Source of the DNA: Candidatus Woesearchaeota archaeon
GTDB lineage: Archaea > Nanobdellota > Nanobdellia > Woesearchaeales > SKIA01
DNA length: 64,000 bases
Assembly: GCA_046704725.1 (NCBI GenBank)
Contig: JBJKRI010000004.1
Location: 32,001-96,000 of the forward strand
Direction of reading: 5' to 3'
Made by a program: the position numbers and the translations under genes. Positions 39,999 to 48,947 of the stretch are shown in pieces. Under the pieces are notes generated by a model. It did no database searches. It was not told where the DNA came from and saw only the letters and a list, made by a program, of their open reading frames with translations. Within the stretch, counting starts at the first letter, position 1, and each line of letters begins with the position of its first letter.

Positions 39999-41594
39999 AT
40001 GGAGCCGAGCGGAATCCAACCCATCTTCATCCTGCCAGAGAGCAGCCAACGCAGCACCGGGAAGAACGCGCAACGAAACAACATCCTGGCTGCGCGCATG
40101 GTCGCCGAGACCGTGCGGACGACCCTCGGACCCAAAGGCATGGACAAGATGCTCGTGGACAGCGCGGGAGAGGTCACCGTCACCAACGACGGCGTCACCA
40201 TACTCGAGGAGATGGACATCGCGCACCCGGCGGCGAAGATGATCGTCGAGGTAGCCCGCACGCAAGAGAACGAGGTCGGCGACGGAACGACCACCGCTGT
40301 AGTGCTCGCCGGAGAGCTGCTCACGAACGCAGAACGGCTGCTCGACGATAAGATCCATCCGACAGTCATCATCAAGGGCTATCGTCTCGCCGAAGCGGAA
40401 GCGCAGCGGGCCCTCGAGAAGCTTTCGCAAGGGGTGTCGCAGAAAGATACCTCGCTACTGCGCAAGATCGCGGCAACAGCCATGACAGGCAAGGGGGCCG
40501 AGTCGCAGAAAGAGCATCTCGCAGAGCTCGCGGTGCGCGCGGTGCGCGCGGTCGCAACAGAGGACGGGATCGACCTGGACAGCATCAAGATTATGCACAA
40601 GGTCGGCGGGTCCATACAAGACAGCGAGCTCATCGCCGGCATCGTGCTCGACAAGGAACGCGTGCACCCGTCCATGCCGGACTACATCGAGCGCGCACGC
40701 ATCCTCTTGCTAGACAGCGCGCTCGAGCTCAAGGAGACGGAGCTCGACGCGAAGATCAGCATCACAGACCCGACACAGATGCAATCCTATCTGGACATGG
40801 AGGAACGCATGCTGGAGAGCATGGTCTCGCGAGTGCTCGCGGCGGGCGCGAACGTGGTCGTCTGCCAAAAAGGCGTTGACGACCTTGCGGCCTACCAGCT
40901 CGCCAAGCAAGGCGTGTTCGTCGTGCGACGCGTCGCGAAGAGCGACATGGAGAAACTCTCTAAAGCGACGGGGGCGGACATCCTCAGCGACCTCAAGGAC
41001 GCACGCGCACAGCATCTCGGACGCGCCGGGAGCGTGCAGCAAGCGAAGGTCGGTGACGAACAGATGATCTTCATCGAGGACTGCCGCAAGGCCAAGGCAG
41101 TGTCCTTGCTCATCCGCGGCGGGACGAGCCACGTGGTGGACGAAGTCAGGCGCGCGGTGACAGACGCGGTCGGTGACCTGCGCGCAGCATTGCTCTCCGA
41201 ACGTGCGGTCCCGGGAGCGGGAGCCACGGAGATCGAGCTGGCCAAACGACTGTCGCGATACGCCCGCAGCCTGTCCGGACGGGAGCAGCTCGCCGTGGAA
41301 GCGTACGCGCAGGCCATGGAGGTCATCCCGCGCACGCTCGCCGAGAACGCGGGACTCGACCCCATAGATGTGGTGGCGGACCTGAAGAGCGGCCACAGCA
41401 ACGACAAGGAGGCAGGGATCGACGTCTTCTCCGGAAAGGTCATCAATGCGTGGCGCAAGGGAGTCATCGAGCCGTTGCGCATCAAGACCCAAGCCATCAG
41501 CAGCGCGACCGACGTGGCGTGCATGCTCCTGCGCATCGACGACGTGATAACGAACGGACAAACGGAGCAGCCCGTGCAGCCGCAGCTGGACTGA
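39999..41594 (+). CDS. ths: Thermosome (group II chaperonin) subunit
   Basis: [47 protein letters not shown]. Confidence 0.97.
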   Translation: MEPSGIQPIFILPESSQRSTGKNAQRNNILAARMVAETVRTTLGPKGMDKMLVDSAGEVTVTNDGVTILEEMDIAHPAAKMIVEVARTQENEVGDGTTTAVVLAGELLTNAERLLDDKIHPTVIIKGYRLAEAEAQRALEKLSQGVSQKDTSLLRKIAATAMTGKGAESQKEHLAELAVRAVRAVATEDGIDLDSIKIMHKVGGSIQDSELIAGIVLDKERVHPSMPDYIERARILLLDSALELKETELDAKISITDPTQMQSYLDMEERMLESMVSRVLAAGANVVVCQKGVDDLAAYQLAKQGVFVVRRVAKSDMEKLSKATGADILSDLKDARAQHLGRAGSVQQAKVGDEQMIFIEDCRKAKAVSLLIRGGTSHVVDEVRRAVTDAVGDLRAALLSERAVPGAGATEIELAKRLSRYARSLSGREQLAVEAYAQAMEVIPRTLAENAGLDPIDVVADLKSGHSNDKEAGIDVFSGKVINAWRKGVIEPLRIKTQAISSATDVACMLLRIDDVITNGQTEQPVQPQLD

Positions 41595-41633
41595 GCGAAA
41601 GCTTATATATCGGTCTTTCCGGGCAAGGACGAG

Positions 41634-42059
41634 GTGAGCATGGACGAAGATAGTTCTTCACGGTCGTTGGTAGAAGCCATGGACAGGCTGGCTAGCCAGC
41701 TCGCACACCTCACCCAACTGTTCGAGCAAGCGAACAAGGAACTCTACGATGAATACAGCGCAGGTTTCCATGAGGAATCCGCTCGGCTCGACAAGCTCAT
41801 CGCGCAGAACGAGAAGATCGCGCGCGGGGTCTTGGCGGTGGCCGACATGGTGCAGGAACGTCGACCGACGTCGATGCGCGACGAATCCCCTATCCGGACC
41901 GTGGCGGTGGAGGAACAGCCCGAACAGTTCCAGGACGAGAGCGCAGCACCACAACCGCTGGTGCCGGAGACACCCGCCGCCCCCCAAGAGCAACCGCCTG
42001 ATGCGGGCATGGAGCATGAACAGATGAGCAGGAAGCAGCTGCTGGACGCGTTCCGATGA
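41634..42059 (+). CDS. Hypothetical coiled-coil protein
   Basis: GAGGTGA SD; QNEKIARGVLAVADMV helix; P/Q-rich tail. Confidence 0.7.
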   Translation: MSMDEDSSSRSLVEAMDRLASQLAHLTQLFEQANKELYDEYSAGFHEESARLDKLIAQNEKIARGVLAVADMVQERRPTSMRDESPIRTVAVEEQPEQFQDESAAPQPLVPETPAAPQEQPPDAGMEHEQMSRKQLLDAFR

Positions 42060-42316
42060 GACAGCAGCACCACAAGCACCTGCTCTTGCACCTGGTCGAC
42101 GCGTGGAATCGCAATCCGCTCGTCCTGCATACGCGTTTCTCCGGACAGCAAGTGACCGACGGGCTGCACGAGAAACTCGAGAAGGAGACCTTGCGTCAAC
42201 AGCTCAAGCGAGAACTTGCGAGCGTGAAAGCGATATTGAGCCAGCATCACGGCAACCCGCGGGCAGGAGAGCTTTTTGCACGCGCCTCTGAGATCGAAGA
42301 GCGATTGAAAGAGTAG
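42056..42316 (+). CDS. Hypothetical protein
   Basis: ATGA overlap with the upstream gene; helical. Confidence 0.5.
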   Translation: MRQQHHKHLLLHLVDAWNRNPLVLHTRFSGQQVTDGLHEKLEKETLRQQLKRELASVKAILSQHHGNPRAGELFARASEIEERLKE

Positions 42317-42341
42317 AAAAGAAAAAAGAGAGTAGACGGTC

Positions 42342-42512
42342 TTACAGGTCCTTGGCCATGACCGTCTTGCGGTTGTTGCCTTCTGCGCGCTTGACAGCAT
42401 CCTTGATCATGCTACGCACACGGCGGTCCAGAGCGTCGGCGAAATCGCCGGCCACGTTATAGCCCGCTGCAACATCCTTAATCTTTGCCTTGACGACAAT
42501 CATATCTGACAT
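42342..42512 (-). CDS. Short histone-fold protein (DUF1931-like, truncated alpha3)
   Basis: MSDMIVVKAKIKD...NVAGDFADALD...AVKRAEGNNRKTVMAKDL; GGGGTGA SD. Confidence 0.85.
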   Translation of the reverse strand: MSDMIVVKAKIKDVAAGYNVAGDFADALDRRVRSMIKDAVKRAEGNNRKTVMAKDL

Positions 42513-42678
42513 AGTGTTCACCCCGTTGATTCGGTGTTTTTGGCGCCCCTGAAGGCGCTTCTGCTGTATCTCCGCGGATGTAGATATAAAAAGGTTATGG
42601 TTCCGGAGGGCTGAAAGGCCCGAATTCGAGGGGCAGCCGTGCGAAAAGGACTTAAGCACACTGTTCCGGAGTTCGCAC

Positions 42679-43254
42679 GTGACTTGGATCGCGAAAGAGC
42701 AGCAAGAGCGAGGTTGGCGCGCAGCAAAACGCTCAGGCCTGAACGAGGACGCTTGTGCATATGTCGCGAATGTCGTGAGTGATCCGGGTACAGGATTCCA
42801 CAGCTCCAGACTGGAACCCGCACTGTACGTTTCTGACATGATCAAAGACGCGAGTGCATTCCACTTCGGTATCAGGAAGCAAATCGCGGACAAGATGCTC
42901 ATGCAGAACAGCATTTTCTTCGAGGTGCTCGCCGCACGCGAGAATCGCGGAGCCCCACCCAGAGACTGGTACGCATCGTTCGGCCGCCAGCTCTATGTCG
43001 GTCTGTTCGACATGACAAGAGAGCTTCCCCTCATGGCGAAGATCTTTTTGAACGTGGCTGTACATTACCACGTGCTGTCCCTTCAGTTGCACCAGGAGTT
43101 CTGGAAAGAACAGACAGCACCGGACATTTTGATGCGAGATGGAAGCGTGCCACGCGTCGCACAAGAATGGCGACCCCAAGCGTTCCCGCCAGACGAGAAC
43201 TGCATCAATAGCGTGCTCTCAGAGGTCGAGCGTACGCGAAACAGGCTTCACTGA
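42679..43254 (+). CDS. Hypothetical protein
   Basis: 191-aa ORF with GTG start filling the gap; no motif recognised. Confidence 0.55.
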   Translation: MTWIAKEQQERGWRAAKRSGLNEDACAYVANVVSDPGTGFHSSRLEPALYVSDMIKDASAFHFGIRKQIADKMLMQNSIFFEVLAARENRGAPPRDWYASFGRQLYVGLFDMTRELPLMAKIFLNVAVHYHVLSLQLHQEFWKEQTAPDILMRDGSVPRVAQEWRPQAFPPDENCINSVLSEVERTRNRLH

Positions 43255-44906
43255 TGCGCGAACCAGAAGCGATTCTCCCTCATATCATCGCAGCGGACGA
43301 AACCGAAACGCTCGAACTGGTATAGACTGTCCGAAATGAAGTCGCGAGGCTCGATCGCGCCGTCCATCCAGGAACCGTCTGGCATATGGACCCGCGCGTC
43401 GTCCGCGTCGTCCGCGGGAAGCCATTGGACAATGCGACGTCTTTTCGCCTTGCGGAACTCCTCGATACTCTTGGAGACAAAGACCCAGGCGCCGTTCTCC
43501 CTACGAAAGTTATAGGCGTCCATGAGACGGAAGAGCACACCGTCCGCGTCCTCCAGGTCGTTTGCTGGAACGACCACCTTCGGTCCGGCGGCGAGCGAGC
43601 GGCCGCCCTTGCGCTCGGTGGGATGCAGGTCGAGCCTCACGGGGAATTCGGGAGCGCCCTCGATGACGATGTCCACCGGGTCGGGGATGAAGAACGCCCT
43701 GTCGGCGATGGGGTCGATGATCTCCCTGTTGAATGCCTCGATATTGCGGAAGTACTCGGCTTTGGAGACCTTCTTGTCCGTGGCGGAAAAGCCCATCTCC
43801 TCCGCCAGGCGCAAGAACGCCTCGGGCTGGAAACCCCTCCTGCGCAATGCGGGCAGGAACGGCAGGCGGATATCGTCCCAACCGCTGAACTTCCCCTCCT
43901 CGATGCTCTTTCTCGTCTCGGTGGTGGAAAGACGCAAGTCGGTGAAGTTGATGCGACCAACGTTGTAGACTTTTGGTATGGGCTTGTCGAAATAGCGGTA
44001 CATGAACTCCTGGCGCTTGGCGTTATCGGCGTGGTCCTTGGCGCGCAAGACATGCGTCATGCCCATCTCCATATCATCGACGGAGACGCTGAAATTCATG
44101 AGGGGCCAGACGCGATACTTCGTCCCTTGACGTGGATGGACAGACGTATTGATACGCAGCGCCGGCCAGTCGCGCATGGCAGGATTCTTGTGCGTGACGT
44201 CGGTCTTGATACGGACGACAGCGTCGCCGGGCTCGAAGTCCGTGAGCATCAACTGCCAGCGCTCGAGGTGCTGTGCTGGCGGGAGGTCCCTGCACGGGCA
44301 CGCCTCCTTGTTGTTGACCAGCTTCCGGAAAGAGTCGGAATCGCACGTGCACACATACGCCCAGCCTTCGGTGAGCATCCGTTCCGCATAACTGTAGTAG
44401 AGCTCCATACGGTCGGACTGCACATGGACTTCGTCGATGTTATCGTGGGTGTACCACTTCGCGTCGGCAGGGAGGAGCTCGTACGCCCCCTCATAGATAT
44501 TCTCCGGATTCGTATCGGCGATTCGCAGGATGAGCCTGCCGTCGTTGCGGACAGCGAGGAGATGATTGAGGCCGAGCGGATAGGTATGCCCGATGTGCAT
44601 CGGACCAGAGGGGCTGGGCTCGAAACGCACGACAGGCTTGGTCCCGAGGTCGAACGGGTCCATCTTCTCTCTCACAGGGGCGCCGGAGCCGCCGAGCTCC
44701 TCAAGGGCTGATGCTTGCTCTTCCGCGCTCAGCGCGTTCACCTCCGTAGCGATGCGCGCGAGGATCGGCTGGACCTCCTTGGCCTTGCCACGAAACTCGG
44801 GGAACTCGCGCATGACCGCGCCCATCACGGCGCCAGGATGGGCGTGGCCGTCGTGCTTTTGGGCGTTGTCGAGCAACGCCTTTCGCACGAAATCCTCGAT
44901 ATCCAT
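43248..44906 (-). CDS. gltX: Glutamyl-tRNA synthetase (archaeal type)
   Basis: RFEPSPSGPMHIGH, DTNP, AYVCTC, HPRQG...VWP..NF, GWDD.RLP, QFERFGF. Confidence 0.97.
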   Translation of the reverse strand: MDIEDFVRKALLDNAQKHDGHAHPGAVMGAVMREFPEFRGKAKEVQPILARIATEVNALSAEEQASALEELGGSGAPVREKMDPFDLGTKPVVRFEPSPSGPMHIGHTYPLGLNHLLAVRNDGRLILRIADTNPENIYEGAYELLPADAKWYTHDNIDEVHVQSDRMELYYSYAERMLTEGWAYVCTCDSDSFRKLVNNKEACPCRDLPPAQHLERWQLMLTDFEPGDAVVRIKTDVTHKNPAMRDWPALRINTSVHPRQGTKYRVWPLMNFSVSVDDMEMGMTHVLRAKDHADNAKRQEFMYRYFDKPIPKVYNVGRINFTDLRLSTTETRKSIEEGKFSGWDDIRLPFLPALRRRGFQPEAFLRLAEEMGFSATDKKVSKAEYFRNIEAFNREIIDPIADRAFFIPDPVDIVIEGAPEFPVRLDLHPTERKGGRSLAAGPKVVVPANDLEDADGVLFRLMDAYNFRRENGAWVFVSKSIEEFRKAKRRRIVQWLPADDADDARVHMPDGSWMDGAIEPRDFISDSLYQFERFGFVRCDDMRENRFWFAHQ

Positions 44907-44951
44907 GAACCCTGGTCACGCACGGTCCGCTTAAATGCTTTACCGCCAGAA

Positions 44952-45048
44952 TGGACTCGGCGGGAGTCGCACCCGCGGCCTCACCGTATTACGAGTCCAC
45001 TGTGGTGAACCTTGCGAACGGTGCGCTCTGCTACTGAGCTACGAGCCC
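44952..45048 (-). tRNA. tRNA-Ala(CGC) with a 25-nt intron at 37/38 (intron 44988-45012)
   Basis: Acceptor GGGCTCG/CGAGTCC-A with G3:U70; anticodon stem CACCG/CGGTG; intron hairpin GGTTCAC/GTGGACT with a relaxed BHB. Confidence 0.9.
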
Positions 45049-45812
45049 ATCACGTCTGCGAACATGCTTCCGTTTAAAAAGGCTCTGCCTTTCCACGGAG
45101 AGGTGAGCATGAGAAATTTTGACGCCTGTCTGCTGCTAACCCGTACGCGATAAAGCGGTTTGTTCTTGCCAACGGTCAGTTGAATAGAGGAATCTATGTC
45201 AAACTCTCGTAGGAGGTTCGCTAATTGATGCGCAAGACGTCTTGATGTCGTAGTGTAGATAATGCGGAGATAGATGTCCTTGTCCTTAAGAACTGCGCCA
45301 TCCGTGTCCAGAAAACCTTTTAGAAAGCCAATCTTGAATTCAGTTGAAATGCCGTCTTTCAAGCTCACACTGCAATGCTTCGCATGAGGGTCATAATCCA
45401 AGTAGTTGCTGAAGTAATTAAACACGTCCTTTGAGCGCGTTCGGAGCCGCAAAGCCACATCGCTTTGCATCAGGTTCCATCTCTTGCCGAAAAAAGTCTC
45501 AAATATGTTCTTGACGTAAGCAGCATAGTCGTGGGCGTCGCGCCCGAAATGAATGTTCGTATCGTACCCATACGACGTCTTGGCAAGATTCTGGCTTCCG
45601 TCACCTGCGAATATCCCGCAGATTTCTCCCTCAATCCGCGTCCCTTGAGGTGTGATGGATGGTGGAGCATAAGTGACTCCGCGCAGTTTCTTGAAATGAT
45701 AGTAGACTGATGATTTCGGCAGGTGAAGATCCCGAGAGATACGGTTGAGCGAATCTCCCCGCAGAGTCATCAGCTTAATCGCAGTAATCTCTTCTGTGCT
45801 CAAACGAGGCAT
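45039..45812 (-). CDS. Free-standing two-motif LAGLIDADG endonuclease with N-terminal HTH
   Basis: HTH SLNRISRDLHLPKSSVYYH; motifs EICGIFAGDGS and FLKGFLDTDG; lower GC than flanks; no intein splicing blocks. Confidence 0.88.
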   Translation of the reverse strand: MPRLSTEEITAIKLMTLRGDSLNRISRDLHLPKSSVYYHFKKLRGVTYAPPSITPQGTRIEGEICGIFAGDGSQNLAKTSYGYDTNIHFGRDAHDYAAYVKNIFETFFGKRWNLMQSDVALRLRTRSKDVFNYFSNYLDYDPHAKHCSVSLKDGISTEFKIGFLKGFLDTDGAVLKDKDIYLRIIYTTTSRRLAHQLANLLREFDIDSSIQLTVGKNKPLYRVRVSSRQASKFLMLTSPWKGRAFLNGSMFADVMGS

Positions 45813-45863
45813 GCATAGACTATGCATAAACTATTGATGTGCGTTTCGCGCCTGGATGTCCGG

Positions 45864-46169
45864 TCAGCGCAGGTCGTCAGGGCTGATATCGCCCTTCGCG
45901 AGCGCGATGAGCTTGTCCATATGCTCCTTGGACGGGGTGCCCGAAGCGCCGATCGGCTGGGGATAGCCAGGGCCGACGAGCACGAACGTCGGTACGCCGC
46001 GGACGCCGAACTCCATCGCTTTTTGCTGGCCCTCCGGCGTTGCCGCGGACATGTGCTTGAACTTCACGTCCTCCTTGTCGGGGAAGTAGCGCTGGGCGAA
46101 GGATTTCGCCGCGGGGCAGTACGGGCACGTCGGACTCGTGAACAGGAATGCTTGGACTGTGGATGTCAT
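45864..46169 (-). CDS. Thioredoxin/glutaredoxin-like protein
   Basis: FTSPTCPYCPAA...FGVRGVPT. Confidence 0.92.
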   Translation of the reverse strand: MTSTVQAFLFTSPTCPYCPAAKSFAQRYFPDKEDVKFKHMSAATPEGQQKAMEFGVRGVPTFVLVGPGYPQPIGASGTPSKEHMDKLIALAKGDISPDDLR

Positions 46170-46235
46170 AGAGGGAAAGAGCACGATTCAGTTTAAGAAT
46201 GCTGTCTTGAAACGCTCGATACGGGCCTTGAGGAC

Positions 46236-46358
46236 TGCGGATGCCCGGACTTGAACCGGGGACCCCGACGTGTCTTATCGGTGCGGCGGTCATCGGCGCC
46301 GTCCTCATCGCTCAAACCTTTATGAGCGTCGTGCTCTAACCAACTGAGCTACATCCGC
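46236..46358 (-). tRNA. tRNA-Met(CAT), probably elongator, with a 49-nt intron (46272-46320)
   Basis: GCGGATG/CATCCGC-A acceptor, AGTTGGTTA D loop, CGACG-CTCATA|A-CGTCG anticodon arm, GGTTCAAGTCC T arm. Confidence 0.9.
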
Positions 46359-46393
46359 GTGCAGCGGCGAGACCCGTCGACGCTTAAAAAGGT

Positions 46394-46846
46394 TTACTCC
46401 TGCCAGGCGGACAAGGAGCGCTCGACGAACGGCCTTATCGACCGCAGGAGCTCTTGCCACTCCTTGAGCGCTTCGGTGATGAAGGACGAATCGGCAGTAT
46501 CATCGTGATCGAGCTCGAGCAGCGTGGAGCGGCGCGACAAGCGCATGATGCGCGAGATGAGTTTCATGGCCTCATCTTTTTCCTCGTCGGAGAACTTGCC
46601 GCTCTCCTCGTACAGGACGAGGTTCTGGTCCCCTGGCAGGATGACGCTGTGCAGGTAGCCGGTCCAGTTGTCGCCGAACTGGACGATGCGACGGCGCACG
46701 AAACGCAGGGGGTTTGTGGAGATAAAGCCCTCATGCAGGACGGCGTCGCGCACTTCGAAGACCGCATCAAGATCATCCAAGGAAGGAAGGGAGAGGGCTT
46801 CCGCCATGTTCTCGTATGCGTCCTCGAAGTCGTCGAGCAGTTCCAC
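46394..46846 (-). CDS. Hypothetical protein (GTG start inferred directly after tRNA-Ala)
   Basis: ELLDDFEDAYENM...LPSLDDLDAVFEV...LRFVRRRI; the track's extension to 46888 lies inside the tRNA. Confidence 0.7.
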   Translation of the reverse strand: MELLDDFEDAYENMAEALSLPSLDDLDAVFEVRDAVLHEGFISTNPLRFVRRRIVQFGDNWTGYLHSVILPGDQNLVLYEESGKFSDEEKDEAMKLISRIMRLSRRSTLLELDHDDTADSSFITEALKEWQELLRSIRPFVERSLSAWQE

Positions 46847-46918
46847 TGGACTCGCCGGGAGTCGAACCCGGAGTCTCTCCTCAGCCAAAGGAGTGTACTA
46901 CCATTGTACCACGAGCCC
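46847..46918 (-). tRNA. tRNA-Ala(GGC)
   Basis: GGGCTCG/CGAGTCC-A with G3:U70; CTCCT-TTGGCTG-AGGAG; GGTTCGACTCC. Confidence 0.9.
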
Positions 46919-46959
46919 GCGTGAGATGCGGAGAAACAGCCGTCTTTTAAAAGCTTGGC

Positions 46960-47187
46960 TTACAGGCCGCTCGTATCGAAGGCGAGGCGGATGTCGCGGG
47001 CCTTGACGGTCTTGCGGCCGCTGTGCTTGGCGATCTTGACCGCGGACTCGGAGATCTGGAGAGCGATGTCGGAGAGCTCTTGCGCCATGCGCTCCGCGCC
47101 AGAGGCGGAGATGCGCTTTGCTCCGATACCGGAGAGGATGCGTTCGACGGGCGCTACAGGAATGGGTGTCAGTGACTTTCGTGGCAT
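46960..47187 (-). CDS. Archaeal histone (HMf-type)
   Basis: IPVAPVERIL...GAKRISA...AVKIAKHSGRKTVKARDI. Confidence 0.93.
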   Translation of the reverse strand: MPRKSLTPIPVAPVERILSGIGAKRISASGAERMAQELSDIALQISESAVKIAKHSGRKTVKARDIRLAFDTSGL

Positions 47188-47239
47188 GTCGCAGCGATGG
47201 GAACACGGTTTATATGGCTTGTGATAGATTGTTAGAGAA

Positions 47240-47322
47240 CGCCGCGGCCCGGATTTGAACCGGGATACTCTTTCGAGTCAGGATTTCCAGTCCTGTGCAA
47301 TACCAGGTTATGCGACCGCGGC
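47240..47322 (-). tRNA. tRNA-Ser(GGA)
   Basis: GCCGCGG/CCGCGGC-G; CAGGA-CTGGAAA-TCCTG; long variable arm ACTC-GAAA-GAGT; GGTTCAAATCC. Confidence 0.93.
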
Positions 47323-47347
47323 AGCGGTTGCAGGGACGCTGGCTGCT

Positions 47348-48055
47348 TTATAAGTCTTGCAGGCGCTTGCGCAGGTCCTTCACAGTCCCCATATAGAGCG
47401 TCTCGCCGTCGGAGAGCACATGCACAGAGAACTTGGAGATATCGTCCAGGAACGGGCTGTTGAGCGGCATGGTCAGGACGTCCGTGCCTTCCGTGAGGCT
47501 GAACATGCTCGGAAGCACAATCAATTCCTTGCCCTTCCACGTGCCGACGAGATAGCACTTGACGCGCTCGGCGCGCGGGCCGTCACGGACGGTGACAGCA
47601 GGATGCTCGTGGCCGATGACGACAGTCTCCACATCAGGAACACTCTTTGGCAGCGCATCGCCGTGGAAGAATGCGATACCATCAGAGACGAATAAAGGAA
47701 CAACCTGCAATCCGTTCTTCTCGGCCAGAGGACCAAGAAGCGGATCGTGGTTGCCCGCCACGAGGACGACCTTCGCGTGCTGCAACAAGATATCCAGCAA
47801 TTGTCCTGCATGACGCCATTCCGCGTCGCTGATGCGACCGAAGGCATGCTTGAAATCGCCGTCGATGACGATTGTCCGCGGCTCGGTGCAGGTCACTGTC
47901 CGAATGAGTCGTTGCCGCAAGGAAGCGAACTCGTTGCCCGGGACAAACACGCCCTTCGAACGCAGATCCGCTTCATAACCCAAGTGTAGGTCGGCGAAGG
48001 CGAGGATGCGCTCCTCAGGGAACCAGACCGAGCCGTCGATGAACACGTGTTGCAT
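47348..48055 (-). CDS. Metallophosphoesterase (ICC/SbcD-like)
   Basis: ADLHLG, DGDFKH, GNHD, FHG, GHEHP. Confidence 0.92.
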   Translation of the reverse strand: MQHVFIDGSVWFPEERILAFADLHLGYEADLRSKGVFVPGNEFASLRQRLIRTVTCTEPRTIVIDGDFKHAFGRISDAEWRHAGQLLDILLQHAKVVLVAGNHDPLLGPLAEKNGLQVVPLFVSDGIAFFHGDALPKSVPDVETVVIGHEHPAVTVRDGPRAERVKCYLVGTWKGKELIVLPSMFSLTEGTDVLTMPLNSPFLDDISKFSVHVLSDGETLYMGTVKDLRKRLQDL

Positions 48056-48091
48056 AGAGCGAGAGAATCGAAAGGGAAGAAAAGGATTTGC

Positions 48092-48598
48092 CTAGAACGG
48101 GATCTCGGCCTTCTCGAGCTCCTCGATGCGCTGCGCGAGGAACTCGACGGTGCGGGCGTTGTCCTGCTGGTGCATGATCTCGTTGCACTCCGGGCAATGG
48201 AACTCGTACTCGACCGCTCGCTCGAAGTCCATGCGGGTGCACGCGTTCTGGCACATGAAGAACTGCGAGGACTGCTCGCGGCTGAGACGGTCGCGCATCT
48301 TCGCGATCTTCGTCTGTCGGATCTTCTCGACCAGATGCGGGATGTACTCCTTGTTCAGGTTCCAATAGCAGATGTACCAACCCTTCTTCTTGTCCTTCTT
48401 GCGATTGAAGGTGAGCAGGTTGTGCTCGAAGCAGCGGTACAGGATGTTGCGCATCTGATGGATCTCCACGTCGAGATCCTCGGCGACGATGAATTCCGAG
48501 ACGTTCTTCTTGCCCTGCAGGTACAAGACCGCCTCGACGGCGTCCTCGCCGACGAGCTCCTGCACGATCTCCTTGATGAGTTGTTCAGTGATCTTCAT
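48092..48598 (-). CDS. tfe: Transcription factor E (TFIIE alpha)
   Basis: wHTH (VSEF.VAE...RNILY...GWY..YW) plus Zn ribbon C...FE.A.EY.FHCPEC. Confidence 0.93.
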   Translation of the reverse strand: MKITEQLIKEIVQELVGEDAVEAVLYLQGKKNVSEFIVAEDLDVEIHQMRNILYRCFEHNLLTFNRKKDKKKGWYICYWNLNKEYIPHLVEKIRQTKIAKMRDRLSREQSSQFFMCQNACTRMDFERAVEYEFHCPECNEIMHQQDNARTVEFLAQRIEELEKAEIPF

Positions 48599-48607
48599 AG
48601 TATCCCC

Positions 48608-48829
48608 CTAAGCCTGCACCAGACTGTCCTCGGCAGCCCAATGCTCCAGGCATGCGAGGCTGCAGAACGTGAACGTGTCCGGCGTGTCCTTGATCTTCCA
48701 GTGAGCGGCAAGCGTGAAATGATCGGTCTTCTCGTCGATCGGCTTTCCGCACCGCTCGCACGAGAGCACCGCTCCTTGCGCTTTCCATTCCTTTGGTATC
48801 TTCTGGAAGTACTTCGTCATGGTGTTCAT
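48608..48829 (-). CDS. Small Zn-binding (TRASH-like) protein
   Basis: CERCGKPI...FCSLACL. Confidence 0.7.
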   Translation of the reverse strand: MNTMTKYFQKIPKEWKAQGAVLSCERCGKPIDEKTDHFTLAAHWKIKDTPDTFTFCSLACLEHWAAEDSLVQA

Positions 48830-48947
48830 GATCGAGGCACGCCCGTTGACTATCGTCGACAGGCACCCCCAACAGCCCTATATCCCTTACTGGGGATTAC
48901 ACTATTTAAACTTTATGGAAATCGTCATACCTACTGGAGTAGCGAAA

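Noticed and set aside
45039-45812. Intein or group I intron hosting the LAGLIDADG domain
   Set aside because: There are no N-terminal Cys/Ser or C-terminal His-Asn splicing blocks, no interrupted host gene, and the adjacent tRNA intron is only 25 nt.
44952-46918. Near-identical CGAGTCCA ends suggesting attL/attR of an integrated element
   Set aside because: Both are complete tRNA-Ala isoacceptors sharing an acceptor stem. The enclosed region holds ordinary genes and no integrase.
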